A stretch of DNA of 64,000 nucleotides. Origin: an uncultured Acidobacteriota bacterium (GTDB lineage: Bacteria; Acidobacteriota; Blastocatellia; RBC074). Positions within the stretch are counted from its first letter, which is position 1. Each line of letters begins with the position of its first letter. Of this stretch, positions 9,408 through 21,594 are shown piece by piece. Where the stretch lies: NCBI GenBank assembly GCA_963796275.1, contig CAWCKY010000003.1, positions 352,001-416,000 of the forward strand. The letters run 5' to 3'. The position numbers and the translations under genes are program-made. Under the pieces are notes generated by a model. It made no database searches, was not told where the DNA came from, and saw only the letters and a program-made list of their open reading frames with translations.

Positions 9408-11120
9408 TTGAAATACCTGCAATTTATTTCCATATTCGTAATAGCTCTGTTAATGCGTATGCCAATGCAATTGCAGGATGCTTCCGATCCCAAGCGCGCA
9501 ACGTTTAGGGAAGTTCCTGCTAAAGAAAGCGGCATAGCCTGGACCCATGACAACGGCCATTCGAATGCACGACATTTGCCCGAGACTTGCGGCGGTGGCG
9601 GGTTGTTTTTCGATTATGACAATGATGGATGGATAGATATATATCTGGTTAACAGCGGGCCCTCGGATTTTTACAAGCCTGCGAAACCGATCCGCAACGC
9701 CCTCTATCGCAACAACGGCGACGGCAGATTTACCGATGTTACTGAAAAGGCGGGCGTCGGGTGCGGTCAGGAGGGCGATTTCGGGATGGGGGCTGCTGCC
9801 GGCGATTTCAATGGCGATGGCTGGCAGGACCTGTATGTAACGAACTACGGGAGTAACCGGTTGTTTCAAAACAGCGGCAACGGAGGTTTCACCGATATCA
9901 CGGCGAAGGCGGGAGTCGCTGCGCCGAACTGGTCTACTTGCGCCACATGGTTCGATTACGATAACGATGGTAAGCTCGACCTCTTTGTTTCGAGTTTCGT
10001 GCAATACAGCGCATCTGGCAGCATCTTCTGCGGCGATAATCGCCTCGGCCGGCGCTATTACTGCATTCCGCGAGTATTCAAACCCCGTCCAAGTTTTCTC
10101 TTCCATAACGAAGGCGAGGGAAAGTTCACCGATGTCAGCAAACCATCGGGTATCGCCTCGGCCCTCGGCAAATCGTTTGGGGCCGTGGCTACAGATATCA
10201 ACAACGATGGGTTGATCGACCTTTTTGTGGCGAACGACACGCTGGCCAACTTTCTTTTCGTCAATAAAGGCAGCGGAAATTTTGAAGAGATCGGTCTGGC
10301 CTCGGGCGTCGGCTATAGCGATGCGGGCAGCCCCCGTTCGGGCATGGGCGTTGATGCGACGGATTATGATGGGGATGGTTGGCAAGATTTATTCGTCGCC
10401 AATATCGACCAGGAACTTTTCAGCCTTTATCACAATGAAAAAGACCTGACATTTATCGATCAGGCGGGCGAGATCGGCCAGGCCACCAGGTTGCTAAGCG
10501 GTTGGGGATTGAAATTTGTCGATTATGACAACGACGGCGACCCGGATCTGTTTCTGGCCAACGGTCACCCTGACGACATGGTCGAGTCGCAAGCCTCAAA
10601 AGTGAAGTACAGAGAGCCGCTGTTGGTTTTTGAAAATATCGACGGAAAATACAAGAATGTCAGCGCGCAATCAGGTGAGATTTTCAAGAAGGATTTCCCC
10701 GCTCGCGGTATGTCGGCTGGCGACTATGATAATGACGGAGACATAGATCTTCTCATAATAAACAACGGTGACGCCCCGATCCTCTTGCGCAATGAAGGAG
10801 GCAATCGCAACAACTGGCTCGGTTTGAATCTGGCAGCTACCAAGAGCAATCCAGCCGCTGTCGGGGCAATCATCACGTGGACGGCGGGCGGAGTTAAGCG
10901 AAGCCGGCTGAAAACCAGCGGCGGCAGCTATCTCTCCTCGCATGATCCGCGCGAAATTCTCGGCATCGGCAAAACTGCAAAGATCGACAGCGTAGAAATA
11001 AAATGGCCGAGCGGGAAGGTGGATAAACTAGCGAACCTACCTATAAACGCTTACGTCAAGGTGGTTGAAGGTGAAGGGATGGTTAAGGGCTCGGCATCAA
11101 CTGCATCAAAAACGAAATAA
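9408..11120 (+). CDS. CRTAC1-family protein (FG-GAP repeats plus ASPIC/UnbV domain)
   Basis: Repeated DYDNDGxxDL motifs; C-terminal GGSYLS...GIG...IKWPSG. Confidence 0.92.
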   Translation: MKYLQFISIFVIALLMRMPMQLQDASDPKRATFREVPAKESGIAWTHDNGHSNARHLPETCGGGGLFFDYDNDGWIDIYLVNSGPSDFYKPAKPIRNALYRNNGDGRFTDVTEKAGVGCGQEGDFGMGAAAGDFNGDGWQDLYVTNYGSNRLFQNSGNGGFTDITAKAGVAAPNWSTCATWFDYDNDGKLDLFVSSFVQYSASGSIFCGDNRLGRRYYCIPRVFKPRPSFLFHNEGEGKFTDVSKPSGIASALGKSFGAVATDINNDGLIDLFVANDTLANFLFVNKGSGNFEEIGLASGVGYSDAGSPRSGMGVDATDYDGDGWQDLFVANIDQELFSLYHNEKDLTFIDQAGEIGQATRLLSGWGLKFVDYDNDGDPDLFLANGHPDDMVESQASKVKYREPLLVFENIDGKYKNVSAQSGEIFKKDFPARGMSAGDYDNDGDIDLLIINNGDAPILLRNEGGNRNNWLGLNLAATKSNPAAVGAIITWTAGGVKRSRLKTSGGSYLSSHDPREILGIGKTAKIDSVEIKWPSGKVDKLANLPINAYVKVVEGEGMVKGSASTASKTK

Positions 11121-11321
11121 CTCATTTTTAGTTAACGGAGGGCGAGGAAGAATCAGAACCGCGAGCGGTATTGCGCGAGCCTCATTAATGATTGTTTGAT
11201 GATGTTCCGCTCGCTCCCCTTCACGGGAATGATAATATCGCAATAAGCATGAGGAATGGAAAAGCCGTGAATTTCATATGCCCCCCATCCTGAGAGTGTC
11301 GATTTAGAGCCGGTGGCAGAG

Positions 11322-12098
11322 TTACTGCATTCCGCCAAATGGACTGGTGGGTTCGGGCGGCGGCAATTGATCGACCTTTTCCGGCGCAAGTTCCGATAAC
11401 CGATCGATCGCTGTCGAACCCAAGCGGCTGCTGCGCCAATCCTTGTTATTTGCTACGCCGAAGTAGAGGTCGACTGCCTCCTTATTCTTTCCCTGCGTCT
11501 CATAAATTTTCGCTATATTGATATCGATCAATGCGAGAGGGATATTATATGGCCTCGATTTCAGTTTTTGATATTCGCCGATCGCATCATCAGATTTGCC
11601 GGTTGCCTCGTACCGTTGAGCCAGCGCTAGTCGCGCTCGCGCTCCGGTCTCTGAATCCGTTTGGGCAAGTTCTTTCAATGTGGCTTCGGCTTTTTCGGGC
11701 TCGAAATACATCTGATGTGTGGCGGCGAGGAAACGGCCGATCTCCCCATTATATGATGGATAGTCGCTCGCAGCTTTCTGGAATGCCTCATAAGCTTTGC
11801 GGTGCTTTTCATCTTCCGTCGTGAACGCTGCGCTGCCCGGACTCAGATTCGCCGGGAGCGGATTCTGAACTATCGCGTCGTGGTAGCGGAATCCCGTTGA
11901 CATCGCATCGGCCGCATTATTTGAGCGGTTCGACAAAAACGCCCACACGATCAGAATCAGCGAAATCACGGCCGCTGATACAGCCAACCAAGTCAGTATC
12001 GGATTTGAATGTCCCTTTACCCACGTGGATGTGTTCATGTATTGTTGCATTAATGGATCGCGCTTCAGTGTTTGCGCGGCAATTCGCTTTTTGGCCAA
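11322..12098 (-). CDS. Membrane-anchored TPR protein (YfgM-like)
   Basis: LKRDPL N-terminus, single TM helix, TPR-like helices; TTG start with AAGGAG RBS. Confidence 0.75.
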   Translation of the reverse strand: MAKKRIAAQTLKRDPLMQQYMNTSTWVKGHSNPILTWLAVSAAVISLILIVWAFLSNRSNNAADAMSTGFRYHDAIVQNPLPANLSPGSAAFTTEDEKHRKAYEAFQKAASDYPSYNGEIGRFLAATHQMYFEPEKAEATLKELAQTDSETGARARLALAQRYEATGKSDDAIGEYQKLKSRPYNIPLALIDINIAKIYETQGKNKEAVDLYFGVANNKDWRSSRLGSTAIDRLSELAPEKVDQLPPPEPTSPFGGMQ

Positions 12099-12208
12099 TC
12101 TGGTGCTCCTTCAGCTGAAAATTACTTGGATTAATCTGAAGTGGAAAAAATAGCGGTTAGTGGCTCTCAATGTCAAGGTCGGTTATAATTGCTGAGCAGG
12201 ATAAGTTA

Positions 12209-12302
12209 GGTTCTTTGGAAATGGTTCTGGTGGGGGACCGAATGTCCTGAGGCACGTGTTGAACATTCTGAATCAATTTCCCATTGCCATTTCCAAAGAA
12301 CC
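12209..12302. repeat. 94-bp element with perfect 16-bp terminal inverted repeats (MITE candidate)
   Basis: ggttctttggaaatgg (12209-12224) / ccatttccaaagaacc (12287-12302); adjacent hairpin ccacttatc-ccgt-gataagtgg (12311-12332). Confidence 0.6.
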
Positions 12303-12839
12303 GTCAAGTTCCACTTATCCCGTGATAAGTGGCCGATCTGATTTCTTCTAGGTTTCCTTGTATTGACTATATAAATATCAATTCTCAGCCGAACGGGTTA
12401 TTCGTAATACTTCGGGATTTTATGAGAAAAGTTACTTAATTCTTAGATGCTGTTGTAAACGCACAGAATTAGAAATATGCAGAGCGATGTAACGTTGAAG
12501 ACGATCAAAAAATTGATCAGGCTCTGCTCATCCCTCTTCTCCTGTTCTTTGCTGATTCCCGCCATTTCAGTCTCCTAAATGTATATTTTTTTATCACAAG
12601 CGTGACTTTTGTCATGTCGCAGAACACAAGTGCAACAGGCGTGCCTTTATAGCGTACGTTATAGGTTCTCGTTAAAATGTGCGGTTAGAGCGAATTCTGT
12701 ATCGATTGAAACCTCTATCAGATCAGGCAATTTAAACTTTGCCTCAGTAGCGGCGCGGACCGCGGGAGCGCGATTTATCGGAACAATCGATGATCGAAAT
12801 GGTTTGTAGGAGGGCTTAAAGCGCACGATATAGTGCGCC

Positions 12840-13961
12840 TCAATCTTGCGGGGCGCGGTATCCCGGTTTGGATTGGACTGAAAATCCAGGTTGTTTTATG
12901 GCGACACGCAGCGTACGCCATTTGCCATCATGCTTATCATTTGTCGGGTAATACGCGAGCGAGTATTGCGTGCCCAATTCGGCAGCGATCTGTTTATAGG
13001 CGGGTTCGAGCTCGCTCAGGTCTCTGATCGGATAAACGCGGCCGCCCGTTCTCTTCGCGACTTCGCGCAGTTCGCGCCGGGCAGATTCATAAAGACGGCG
13101 ATTGATCTGCATTCGCTCCAACGATGGCAATGAACAATGATTATCGTAATCTGCTTCATCACTGCCAGGCATATATTCCTTCACATATTTTTTCAATTGC
13201 TTTGACGAAAATCTAAAATGTTCTCTTTCTTGACAATCGCGCATCATCCCCGCCTGAGTGAAGCTTTCCGTATTCAGTTCGAGAAAGTATATGCTGGCTC
13301 CCGCCTTTTCGAGCGCCGGCATCATCTGTTCGAATGTCGCCGTGCCGAAGGAATCTACTCCATCAGTCAGCGCGACGATGGCTTTTCGGCCCCCTACTTT
13401 TAAGGCATCGGTTACCGCCGTTTGCATGGCGTCGTAGAATGATGTGCCGCTCCCCAATTTGAGCCGGTTAAGGCCGGTTTCGAGCTTGAACCGGTCAGAA
13501 GTCAGTGGAGTTGTTATCTCGATTTCCTTGTTGAATTGAACGAGTGTAATGCGGTCCTGCAGGCGTAGGTCATCGATAAATCGGCGAGCTGAGCGGCGAA
13601 TGAGCATAAGTTCGTCGCGCGTGCTGGCTGATGTATCGATCATCAGTGCAAGGCTGAACGGAATATCGGCCGTGGAAAAATTTGTGATCTTCTGCCGCAC
13701 GCCGTCTTCATAGACAACGAAGTCTGTTGCCTTCAGACCGGTCACGGTACGATTTCCCTTGCGATCGGTTACGCTGATATCGACCGACACCAGATCGGTA
13801 TCGAGCCTGATCGTTGTTTCCTGTTCTTCCTTCTGCTCCTCTTTTTGCCCCTCTGCTTGCCCCTTCTTCTCTTGTTCCTGCGCGGAAACGAGCGAAAAGC
13901 AGAGGAGCAATGCCGAGATTGCCGATAGGATAATAGGATGGTAAAAACCGGTTATTCGCAT
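12840..13961 (-). CDS. Exported VWA-domain protein (acidobacterial VWFA-related)
   Basis: Signal peptide, [33 protein letters not shown]...DGKWR. Start placed at ATG 13961. Confidence 0.88.
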   Translation of the reverse strand: MRITGFYHPIILSAISALLLCFSLVSAQEQEKKGQAEGQKEEQKEEQETTIRLDTDLVSVDISVTDRKGNRTVTGLKATDFVVYEDGVRQKITNFSTADIPFSLALMIDTSASTRDELMLIRRSARRFIDDLRLQDRITLVQFNKEIEITTPLTSDRFKLETGLNRLKLGSGTSFYDAMQTAVTDALKVGGRKAIVALTDGVDSFGTATFEQMMPALEKAGASIYFLELNTESFTQAGMMRDCQEREHFRFSSKQLKKYVKEYMPGSDEADYDNHCSLPSLERMQINRRLYESARRELREVAKRTGGRVYPIRDLSELEPAYKQIAAELGTQYSLAYYPTNDKHDGKWRTLRVAIKQPGFSVQSKPGYRAPQD

Positions 13962-14012
13962 GAGATACTTGCCCCGGCCACATGGAAACAAAAAAGACAA
14001 AAAAAGGCAAAA

Positions 14013-14064
14013 CGGGGCAATCGGGGCAAACGGGGCAACCGGGGCAACCGGGAGGGAACGGGGG
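14013..14064 (+). repeat. Tandem 9-bp CGGGGCAAN repeat (4 copies plus degenerate G runs)
   Basis: cggggcaat cggggcaaa cggggcaac cggggcaac cgggagggaacggggg between divergent genes. Confidence 0.85.
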
Positions 14065-14069
14065 AAAAA

Positions 14070-14825
14070 ATGTCCGAAGATAATTGGCGCCGCCCATTAA
14101 ATAGGATCGAATTGGTCAAAGATGAAGTGCACGTTTGGCGAGCGTCGCTAACTCAATATCCAGCTGCGATCTCGGAACTCTCGGCTCTCCTTGCGCCGGA
14201 TGAGCGCCACAGGGCCGAAAAATACTTTCGCCAGGTGGACCGCGATCATTTCATAGTAGCGCGCGGGATACTGCGGAAGCTAATCTCCCTCTATCTAGCG
14301 ATCTCGCCCGGCGCTCTGCAATTCACCTACAATGAATACGGGAAACCGGACATCGCCGGCCATCAGAATGACCGCAATTTAAATTTCAACCTGTCTCATT
14401 CCAAAGATCTGGCCTTATATGCGTTCAGGCTCGAGGGCGGCCTGGGGATCGATATCGAATATATGCGCGATGATTTCGCATCGCTTGAAATCGCCCAACA
14501 ATTCTTCGCCGAAGATGAGGTCCATGCGCTCAGCTCCCTGCCTGTCGAGCAACGGGTGAACGCTTTCTTCAATTGCTGGGCTCGTAAAGAATCGTACATC
14601 AAGGCTCTGGGTATGGGTGTTTCCTTTCCGCTGGACAAATTTGTGGTTTCATTATCTCCGGGTGACGCCCCGGCGCTCCTGAAAGTTGAAAATAATGACG
14701 GCGAAGCTGATAGATGGAAGATGTACGAGTTGAGACCCGGAGACGGTTACGCAGCCGCTATTATTATAGAAACGCCTCCAGTTATTCTGAGACAGTGGCA
14801 TTGGGATGGAATCGTAATGCGTTAA
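14070..14825 (+). CDS. Sfp-type 4'-phosphopantetheinyl transferase
   Basis: [28 protein letters not shown] motifs; start ATG 14070. Confidence 0.93.
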   Translation: MSEDNWRRPLNRIELVKDEVHVWRASLTQYPAAISELSALLAPDERHRAEKYFRQVDRDHFIVARGILRKLISLYLAISPGALQFTYNEYGKPDIAGHQNDRNLNFNLSHSKDLALYAFRLEGGLGIDIEYMRDDFASLEIAQQFFAEDEVHALSSLPVEQRVNAFFNCWARKESYIKALGMGVSFPLDKFVVSLSPGDAPALLKVENNDGEADRWKMYELRPGDGYAAAIIIETPPVILRQWHWDGIVMR

Positions 14826-14866
14826 AACATTGGCCATTGCGAATTGACAATAGGAACGGGTCGCAG

Positions 14867-17509
14867 TTATTCGTGCCGTATCGCCACCAGCGGATCTACC
14901 TTCGTTGCTCGTCGCGCAGGCAAGTAGCACGCCAGCATCGCTATCACCGCTAGTGACAAGGGAGTAGCAATAAATGTCATTGGATCGGTGGCCGTCACGC
15001 CAAACAATAAACCGGTCAGAACTCGGGTTAAGCCATAAGCGGCCAGCAAGCCTACTCCAATACCGCATAGTGCCAGGCGCATTCCCTGGCCGACAATCAG
15101 CCGCAGAATGTCGCGCGGCTGTGCGCCGAGGCTCAAACGCGTACCAATCTCGCGCGTGCGCATGAGGACTGATTGATGCATCAGACCGTAGATGCCAACT
15201 GCCGCCAGCAGCAACGCCAGCACGGAGAACAGCGTCAGCAGCCATGTTTGGAAACGCCGCGGGGCCATGGCCCGGGCGAGTTGGCTCTCCAGGGGGGAGA
15301 TGCCGTACACCAGGACAGTTTTATCAAGCGCGCGAATCTCATTGCGTATGATGGTGGCGAGCCGGGTTGGATCCCCCGTTGTGCGGATCAAGAAGTTCAT
15401 TCCGCGCTCCGGGCGTTGCAGATGGGGCACGAAGATTTGCGCGATGGGTTGGCGTTCCAAACTCTGGCGGCGCATATCACCCACGATTCCGACCACGGTT
15501 AACCACGGACCTGGTGATCGTGCCGGTCCTTGTTTGAATCGCTTGCCCAGCGCCTCCTCTCCCGGCCAGCACCGGTATGCCATCGTTTCATTGATAATGG
15601 CTACCGGCATAGCTCCCTGATTGTCCTGTGCGTTGAAGAAGCGCCCTTTGCGTAAGGGAACGCGCAGGGTTTGAAAGACCCCCCCGCTGATCACATCTCG
15701 TCTAAATGGGATGCGCGCCGTTTCTGCAGCTTCCGCTGAAGCGCTTTCAATGGTGAGCAGCCCGTTGGAATTATCGCTGATGAAAATCTCCTCGCTTAGA
15801 CCGACAGCTTCAACGCCTGGCAGCGCCGCGATACGTTCGCTCACCTGTTGATAAAAGACGCGCCATTGATCGGCCGTGCTACTTAGCGCAGGTGCAGTCT
15901 GGAGGACCAGAACCCTCGTGGCATCGAACCCGTGATCAACCGCTTGCAGTTTGCTGAAGCTGCGCAGGAGCAAGCCGGCGCCTGAAAGCAGCAGCACCGC
16001 CAGCCCGAACTCAGTGATCACCAGCAGCCCGCGCAGGCGGCGGCTACCGATCCCGCTGCTCGAGCTACGGCCATCTTTGAGCGCCTCGCCGGGCTGAGCC
16101 CTGGAAATCTTCAAAGCCGGCGCCAGACCGAATAGCAGTCCGGTCATTAACGAAACAACGGTAGTGAAGGCCAGCGCCCTGGTATCAAGCGCGACGCTGT
16201 CCAAATGAGGAATGTTCGGGGGGCCGAGGCTCTTGAGCGCCTGGATGCCCCCCACCGCCATTAAAAGACCGATCCCCCCACCCAACAGGGCCATCAGGCT
16301 GTATTCCGTGAGCAGTTGTCGAACGAGTCGCATTCTGCCCGCTCCCAGCGCCATACGAATCGCGAGCTCGCGTTCTCTTGCAATCCCACGCGCCAGCAAC
16401 AAATTGGCGACGTTCGTGCAGGCAATGAGCAGGACGCAAAACACCGCGCCGAATAAAATCCACAAAGCTAAGCGCACATTCCGGCCAGTAAGCTGAACAT
16501 AGAACGGAACTACATTGACGCGCAGGTCTTTGTTCGAGTCGGGATAAGCTTGTTCCAGCCGCTGCGCAATGGCGTTCATTTCCATTTGTGCTTGCAGCAG
16601 CGAGACAGAGGCTTTGAGTCGCCCGAGCACCTGCCACGACCCCTGACCGCGCTGGGCCTTTTGGGCCTCCCAGAAGGCAAAAAGCGTATGTGGCTCCCAT
16701 ATTCGATTTTCTTTACCGGCTAAAAAGCTCTCCGGCATCACCCCGATCACTTGCGAGCTTGTGCCATCAATTTCCACCATTTGCCCCAGGATGCCGGGGG
16801 ATGCGCCGAACCGGCGTTGCCATAAGCCGTAACTTAATACTACGACCCGCGCCTTTTGTTGCACTTCGTCAGCAGTGAAAGTGCGACCCAGCGAAGGCGC
16901 CACGCCCAGTAGCGGAAAAAGATTGGCCGAGGTGCGGATGCTCATGACCCGCTCCGGATCTGCCGCGCCGGTTAACGTCACCGAAGTGGGATCAAAGACT
17001 GCTAAATCGTCAAACGACGTGTTCTGTTCGCGCCATTCTGAAATAGTGGCATAGGCTGAAGCCGTCTCTTTGATATTCTGCATCGGCACTGCGGACCAGA
17101 GATAGACGAGTCGATCAGCATCGGCGTAGGGCAGCGGGCGCAACAGAACAGCATTGACCACACTGAAGATGGTAATGTTCGCTCCAATGCCCAAAGCCAG
17201 GGTGAACAGCACCGTCGCGGTAAATCCAGGTCTTTTGAGCAACATTCGCGCGCCGTAGCGCAAGTCATGCCACGTCGTTTCCAGCCAGCCCCCGCCGCGG
17301 ATGTCATAGCTGAGGTCTGCGTTCCGGCCGAGCTGGCCAAAACTTTTCCCGGCGGCGGTCTGCGCCTCCTCTGGCGGCATACCGCGCTCGATGTTCCGCT
17401 CCGTCTCCATCTCAACGTGGATTCGCAGCTCTTCTTCAATGTCCCGCAATACTCTTTCGCGCCGAAAGAGGGCGCGCAGCCGCGCCATAAGAATGTTGAT
17501 CCATTCCAT
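14867..17509 (-). CDS. ADOP-family duplicated ABC permease (MacB-PCD/FtsX x2)
   Basis: EELRIHVEM prefix domain, [37 protein letters not shown]. Confidence 0.93.
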   Translation of the reverse strand: MEWINILMARLRALFRRERVLRDIEEELRIHVEMETERNIERGMPPEEAQTAAGKSFGQLGRNADLSYDIRGGGWLETTWHDLRYGARMLLKRPGFTATVLFTLALGIGANITIFSVVNAVLLRPLPYADADRLVYLWSAVPMQNIKETASAYATISEWREQNTSFDDLAVFDPTSVTLTGAADPERVMSIRTSANLFPLLGVAPSLGRTFTADEVQQKARVVVLSYGLWQRRFGASPGILGQMVEIDGTSSQVIGVMPESFLAGKENRIWEPHTLFAFWEAQKAQRGQGSWQVLGRLKASVSLLQAQMEMNAIAQRLEQAYPDSNKDLRVNVVPFYVQLTGRNVRLALWILFGAVFCVLLIACTNVANLLLARGIARERELAIRMALGAGRMRLVRQLLTEYSLMALLGGGIGLLMAVGGIQALKSLGPPNIPHLDSVALDTRALAFTTVVSLMTGLLFGLAPALKISRAQPGEALKDGRSSSSGIGSRRLRGLLVITEFGLAVLLLSGAGLLLRSFSKLQAVDHGFDATRVLVLQTAPALSSTADQWRVFYQQVSERIAALPGVEAVGLSEEIFISDNSNGLLTIESASAEAAETARIPFRRDVISGGVFQTLRVPLRKGRFFNAQDNQGAMPVAIINETMAYRCWPGEEALGKRFKQGPARSPGPWLTVVGIVGDMRRQSLERQPIAQIFVPHLQRPERGMNFLIRTTGDPTRLATIIRNEIRALDKTVLVYGISPLESQLARAMAPRRFQTWLLTLFSVLALLLAAVGIYGLMHQSVLMRTREIGTRLSLGAQPRDILRLIVGQGMRLALCGIGVGLLAAYGLTRVLTGLLFGVTATDPMTFIATPLSLAVIAMLACYLPARRATKVDPLVAIRHE

Positions 17510-17518
17510 CAGACTACC

Positions 17519-17625
17519 TCAGACTGTTTTTCTGACCTTTGCCTGGAGCGGCGCTAAGCTTTGAGTTTGAGGAGGATGAGCAGGTCGAGCGTCCATTGTA
17601 GGATATCCGCCTTGGGTCGAGTCAA
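17519..17625 (-). pseudogene. Internally deleted PadR-family repressor gene
   Basis: GGAGGTG RBS, then TTG 17625: MTRPKADILQWTLDLLILLKLKA* (stop 17554-17556), matching the acidobacterial PadR N-terminus (D-L-L-Q-G-T-L-D-L-L-I-L); a C-terminus-like remnant AKVRKTV* precedes the ADOP start. Confidence 0.75.
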
Positions 17626-17662
17626 AACTTCACCTCCAAATCTGGGTTGCTTATTGGTCAGA

Positions 17663-17711
17663 CTTAGTATTTCTAGGTATAGGTTAAGAAGGGAGACCTA
17701 GTATGTCAAGG
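17663..17711 (-). promoter_or_regulatory. Sigma70 promoter with two palindromic PadR-type operators
   Basis: Minus strand TTGACA (17709-17704), 17-nt spacer, TAACCT (17686-17681); imperfect palindromes cctagtatgtcaagg (17697-17711) and cttagtatttctagg (17663-17677). Confidence 0.7.
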
Positions 17712-17865
17712 CGTAGCCGCGTGAGATCGTCTGCGAGTTCAGTCTCGTTTCATCGGCAAGATTACGTTTCTGGGGCGGGTCCCAGGTTTTATCCATCATA
17801 TATGCCCATGATGGTCAGTCATGAGATGACTGATACTGCGAGAACAGTTAAGACGCACCCGGCAC

Positions 17866-20304
17866 TCACTCGTGGTGTAAAACTGTTATTGGATCTACCC
17901 TGGCGGCTTGGCGCGCGGGGAGCCAGCAAGCGAGGATGGCTACCACTATCAGTAAAACTGGAACCGCCAGAAATGTCAGAGAGTCGGTCGGCTTGACCTC
18001 ATATAGCATGGTCGTCAGGATGCGGGTGAGCGTCCAGGCGCCGGCGAGGCCGATCACGACGCCGATGCCCACCGGTTTCAACCCTTGCCGCAACACGAGA
18101 GCGATCACATCGCCTCGCTGTGCGCCCAGCGCGACGCGAATGCCCAGTTCGTGGGCGCGTTGGACGACTGAAACAACCATCACGGCGTAAAGGCCGACCA
18201 CTGCCATCGCCAGCGCGAGCGAGGCAAAGACTCCTAGCAAGACAGTTCGGAATCGTGGCTGGGCTATCGACTCGGACAATCTCTCTTCCATCGTACGGAC
18301 TTCAAAGACGGGCAAGCTCGCGTCAATGGCAGACACGGCGCGGCGCAATGCCGTCTCGAAGCTGGCTATTTCTGTCTGTGTGCGCACCGCCAGATTTAGG
18401 GTCACGGCGGGAACCTGGCTCCATGGCACGAACATTTCCGGCCTCGGTTCTTCTCCCCTGCCACTGTGACGCACGCTGCCGACGACGCCTACTATCTCCC
18501 GCCAGACTGCTCTGTAGTAGGTTTCCTTGATACGTTGCCCAATCGGATCAGCACCCGGCCAGTATCGCTTGGCCATCGTCTCGTTGATGACTGTCACCAT
18601 TGGCGCGTGCTCCTGGTCAGCGCTCGAAAATTCGCGCCCTTCGAGCAGCGGAATGCCCATCACCTGGAAATAGTCTGGGCTAACCGAACGGAAGTCGGCG
18701 ACTGGCATGCGCGGACTGATTTCCTCTTGGCCGTTCATGTAAATGCCAAACCCCTGATTACCTGTGGCAAACGGCAGAAAAGAAGTCAGCGCCGCCTCTC
18801 GTATCCCCGGCTGACGGCGAACCTCTTCGAGCAGCCGCTCAGCGAAGTTCAGTCGCTGCGGCGGCGTTGAATATGCGTGGCCCTGCAGTTGGACGCGCGC
18901 CGTCAGAATGCGTTCGGGCCGGAAGCCCAGCGGCGTTTGCTGTAGTAGCACAAAGCTTTTGATCAGCAAGCCCGCGCCCGTCAGCAACACCACCGTCAAC
19001 GCTACCTGTGACACGACCAGCATTGAGCGCAGACGTCGAGAGCCGAAAGCGCCGTCCAGAGTTCGACTACCCGCCTTCAAAACCTCGGTCAGCGCCGTCT
19101 GCGAAGCGCGCAGCGCCGGCAAGGTCCCAAACAGCAGACCGGCTGTTACAGTTAACGCGAAGGTAAACCCCAGCACGCGCCCATCCACACCGATCTCGCC
19201 GATGCGCGGGATCGCGCTTGGGAGCATCGCGTTGATTAGTGACATCCCACAGTAGGTGAGCAACAGACCGGAAACTCCGCCCAAGCCAGCCAACAACAGA
19301 CTTTCGGTGAGGAATTGCCGCACGATGCGGCTGCGTCTGGCGCCGAGACTCAGGCGCACGGCGATCTCTTTCTGTCGCTGCACGGAGACAGTCATCAATA
19401 AATTCGCCAGATTCGCGCAAGCGATCAACACAACGAACCCGACCGCACCCATCAACGCTAGCATCATCGTGCGAACGTCGCCCACCAGCGCCTCTTGCAA
19501 GCCTATTACTCGCACACTCTCAAACCGGGGGCCTTCCTCATCCGATTTCTTGATAATCGTCGCCACTTCAGTGTTGGCCTGCGTAAGTGTCATTCCTGGC
19601 TTCAACCGGGCAATGAGCGAAAGAAAATAGCCGCCGTAGTCGCTCAGATCAGAGACGCTCAGGACTAGAGGCACGAACAGGTCTTTATCAAGCGGGAAAT
19701 TAAGCGCCGGCGGCAGCACTCCGATCACTGTGTAGCTCTGCCCGTCCAGCCCAATCGCGCGCCCCACTACACCCGCATCCCCGCCAAACTGTCTTTGCCA
19801 TAATCCTTGACTGAGCAGGACAACCTTTTTGCCGCCATCCTGATTTTCTTCTATTGTCAGATTCCTACCCTGGATAGGCTGCACGCCGAGAGTCGGCAGC
19901 AGGTCGGCCGAGATGCACGCGCCCTTGACACGCTCCGGCAAATTGCCGCCAGACATGTTGAACGTGACGTCCGTATAGGCGCTGAGGTGCGAGAAAGAGC
20001 GGTTCTGAGTTGCCAGGTCGCGAAAATCCGGGGCAGCGAAGCTAGCGGGATTCTTCGCCTCGAAAAACAAGAGGCGTGCGGGTTCGGGAAAAGGCAATGG
20101 GCGGAGTAAGACACCACTGACGACGCTGAACATCGCGGTGTTGGCGCCGATACCCACCGTCAGTGTGAGCCAGGCTATCAAGGTGAAGCCGGGCTTCTTC
20201 ATCAACATTCGCGCGCCGTAGCGCAGGTCCTGCAGCAGGTCCTCCAACCAACGTGTCCCGCGGGCATCGCGGCACTGCTCCTCCTCCATGCTGGGGGGTA
20301 TCAA
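17866..20304 (-). CDS. ADOP-family duplicated ABC permease lacking most of the N-terminal prefix domain
   Basis: Starts at [27 protein letters not shown]; both FtsX halves present; start overlaps the upstream stop. Confidence 0.88.
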   Translation of the reverse strand: MIPPSMEEEQCRDARGTRWLEDLLQDLRYGARMLMKKPGFTLIAWLTLTVGIGANTAMFSVVSGVLLRPLPFPEPARLLFFEAKNPASFAAPDFRDLATQNRSFSHLSAYTDVTFNMSGGNLPERVKGACISADLLPTLGVQPIQGRNLTIEENQDGGKKVVLLSQGLWQRQFGGDAGVVGRAIGLDGQSYTVIGVLPPALNFPLDKDLFVPLVLSVSDLSDYGGYFLSLIARLKPGMTLTQANTEVATIIKKSDEEGPRFESVRVIGLQEALVGDVRTMMLALMGAVGFVVLIACANLANLLMTVSVQRQKEIAVRLSLGARRSRIVRQFLTESLLLAGLGGVSGLLLTYCGMSLINAMLPSAIPRIGEIGVDGRVLGFTFALTVTAGLLFGTLPALRASQTALTEVLKAGSRTLDGAFGSRRLRSMLVVSQVALTVVLLTGAGLLIKSFVLLQQTPLGFRPERILTARVQLQGHAYSTPPQRLNFAERLLEEVRRQPGIREAALTSFLPFATGNQGFGIYMNGQEEISPRMPVADFRSVSPDYFQVMGIPLLEGREFSSADQEHAPMVTVINETMAKRYWPGADPIGQRIKETYYRAVWREIVGVVGSVRHSGRGEEPRPEMFVPWSQVPAVTLNLAVRTQTEIASFETALRRAVSAIDASLPVFEVRTMEERLSESIAQPRFRTVLLGVFASLALAMAVVGLYAVMVVSVVQRAHELGIRVALGAQRGDVIALVLRQGLKPVGIGVVIGLAGAWTLTRILTTMLYEVKPTDSLTFLAVPVLLIVVAILACWLPARQAARVDPITVLHHE

Positions 20305-21569
20305 GACAATACCTCTTTTGATCCTTTCAAAAGGCCAGCCAAATCTTTGATCCCGACACCCGGCCCACTCGGAACCGACATTTTTCCGTCGTTCACCGTG
20401 ATCGGAGGATCGAACCAGTTCCCGTACTTCTCCGTCCCGAGTTTATATTCCTGATATCTCCCAATGTCCGGAACGCAGGAAGCGAAATGGAGCATGTAAA
20501 CGAATCCGAACCCGCCCGAGATATGAACGGTCGTCGGCATCTTGGCTACCTGGGCCATCCTCGCAACGCGCACCGAGCGGATCATACCGCCGTAATAATG
20601 CAGATCCGGTTGAACGATATCCACGCCGCGATTGGCGATCATCCACCGGAAACGCCAATCGCTGTACTCCTGCTCTCCCCCCGCTACGGGGATTGTCAGG
20701 GCGTCAGTCACGACCTTGGTCTCTTCCAGATGATCGAACTGGCATGGTTCCTCAAAGTAGACCGCTTTAACTTCCTCCAGCATGCGTCCTATTCTGATCG
20801 CATGCTGCGCGTCGTATGAGCTGTTGGAATCGGCGTGAATATCGATCCCATCCCCGAGAGTCTTGCGCACGAGCGGAATCAGCGTTTCGGTCCGACCCGG
20901 CATCGAATCCGCATTACGGCTCATCCGTCCGCCAACGCGGAATTTCACGGCCTTCGCTCCCGATTGCGCCACCAATTTCTGCAGGTACTCGACCTCCTGT
21001 TCGGGCGTGGTGTCCCTTCTTCCGCTGGCCACGTAGAATGCAACATCTTTCCGCAGTATGTCTCCAAGCAGCGCTCCCATCGGCTTACCTGCGATGCGCC
21101 CCAGCATATCCAGGATCGCGAACTCCACCCACGCTTGCGGACTCCACAACGCCAGGCCATAGAGCTTGTAGTTGTCCCGGGCGCGATAGAATTCCCACAG
21201 CAGGTCCTCCAGGTTTCGTGCATCCTTACCGATGAAAAAAGGGATCACCAGCTGGTTGAGTATCTTGTCCAAATATTGTTCGCGCGGCGGATTGGTCAGA
21301 GCTACGCCTTCAGCCCCATCTTTAGAGCGCACGTGTACGAAGTGTTCATTGTCCTTCTTTACCAGCTTGATCGATTCGATGATGACCGGTGAATTCAGCC
21401 CATCGAGTTTCAGCACCGGCAGGGCGGCAGCTTTGTCTAATTCCTCGAGATTTGGGCCAGAAGCGGATGTTCTCCTGAATGGTTCATTGCTCGTGCATGC
21501 GGAGTTCAGCCCAACGACTCCTGCACCCACCGCGCTTATCAGAAAACTACGACGGTTAAAACGGGTCAT
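20301..21569 (-). CDS. Mandelate racemase/muconate lactonizing (enolase superfamily) enzyme, Tat-exported
   Basis: NRRSFL Tat motif, KxR (AVKFR), ADSNS, FEEP, GGEQ, VQPD; AAGGAGG RBS before ATG 21569. Confidence 0.9.
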   Translation of the reverse strand: MTRFNRRSFLISAVGAGVVGLNSACTSNEPFRRTSASGPNLEELDKAAALPVLKLDGLNSPVIIESIKLVKKDNEHFVHVRSKDGAEGVALTNPPREQYLDKILNQLVIPFFIGKDARNLEDLLWEFYRARDNYKLYGLALWSPQAWVEFAILDMLGRIAGKPMGALLGDILRKDVAFYVASGRRDTTPEQEVEYLQKLVAQSGAKAVKFRVGGRMSRNADSMPGRTETLIPLVRKTLGDGIDIHADSNSSYDAQHAIRIGRMLEEVKAVYFEEPCQFDHLEETKVVTDALTIPVAGGEQEYSDWRFRWMIANRGVDIVQPDLHYYGGMIRSVRVARMAQVAKMPTTVHISGGFGFVYMLHFASCVPDIGRYQEYKLGTEKYGNWFDPPITVNDGKMSVPSGPGVGIKDLAGLLKGSKEVLS

Positions 21570-21594
21570 TATTCGCCTCCTTAACATACGGTTA

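Noticed and set aside
13938-14069. N-terminal extension of the PPTase ([12 protein letters not shown])
   Set aside because: Translation of the intergenic CGGGGCAAN repeat; the enzyme-like sequence starts at ATG 14070.
14070-14825. Sfp PPTase as a sign of an NRPS/PKS cluster
   Set aside because: No carrier-protein, NRPS or PKS gene in the window; orphan PPTases are common.
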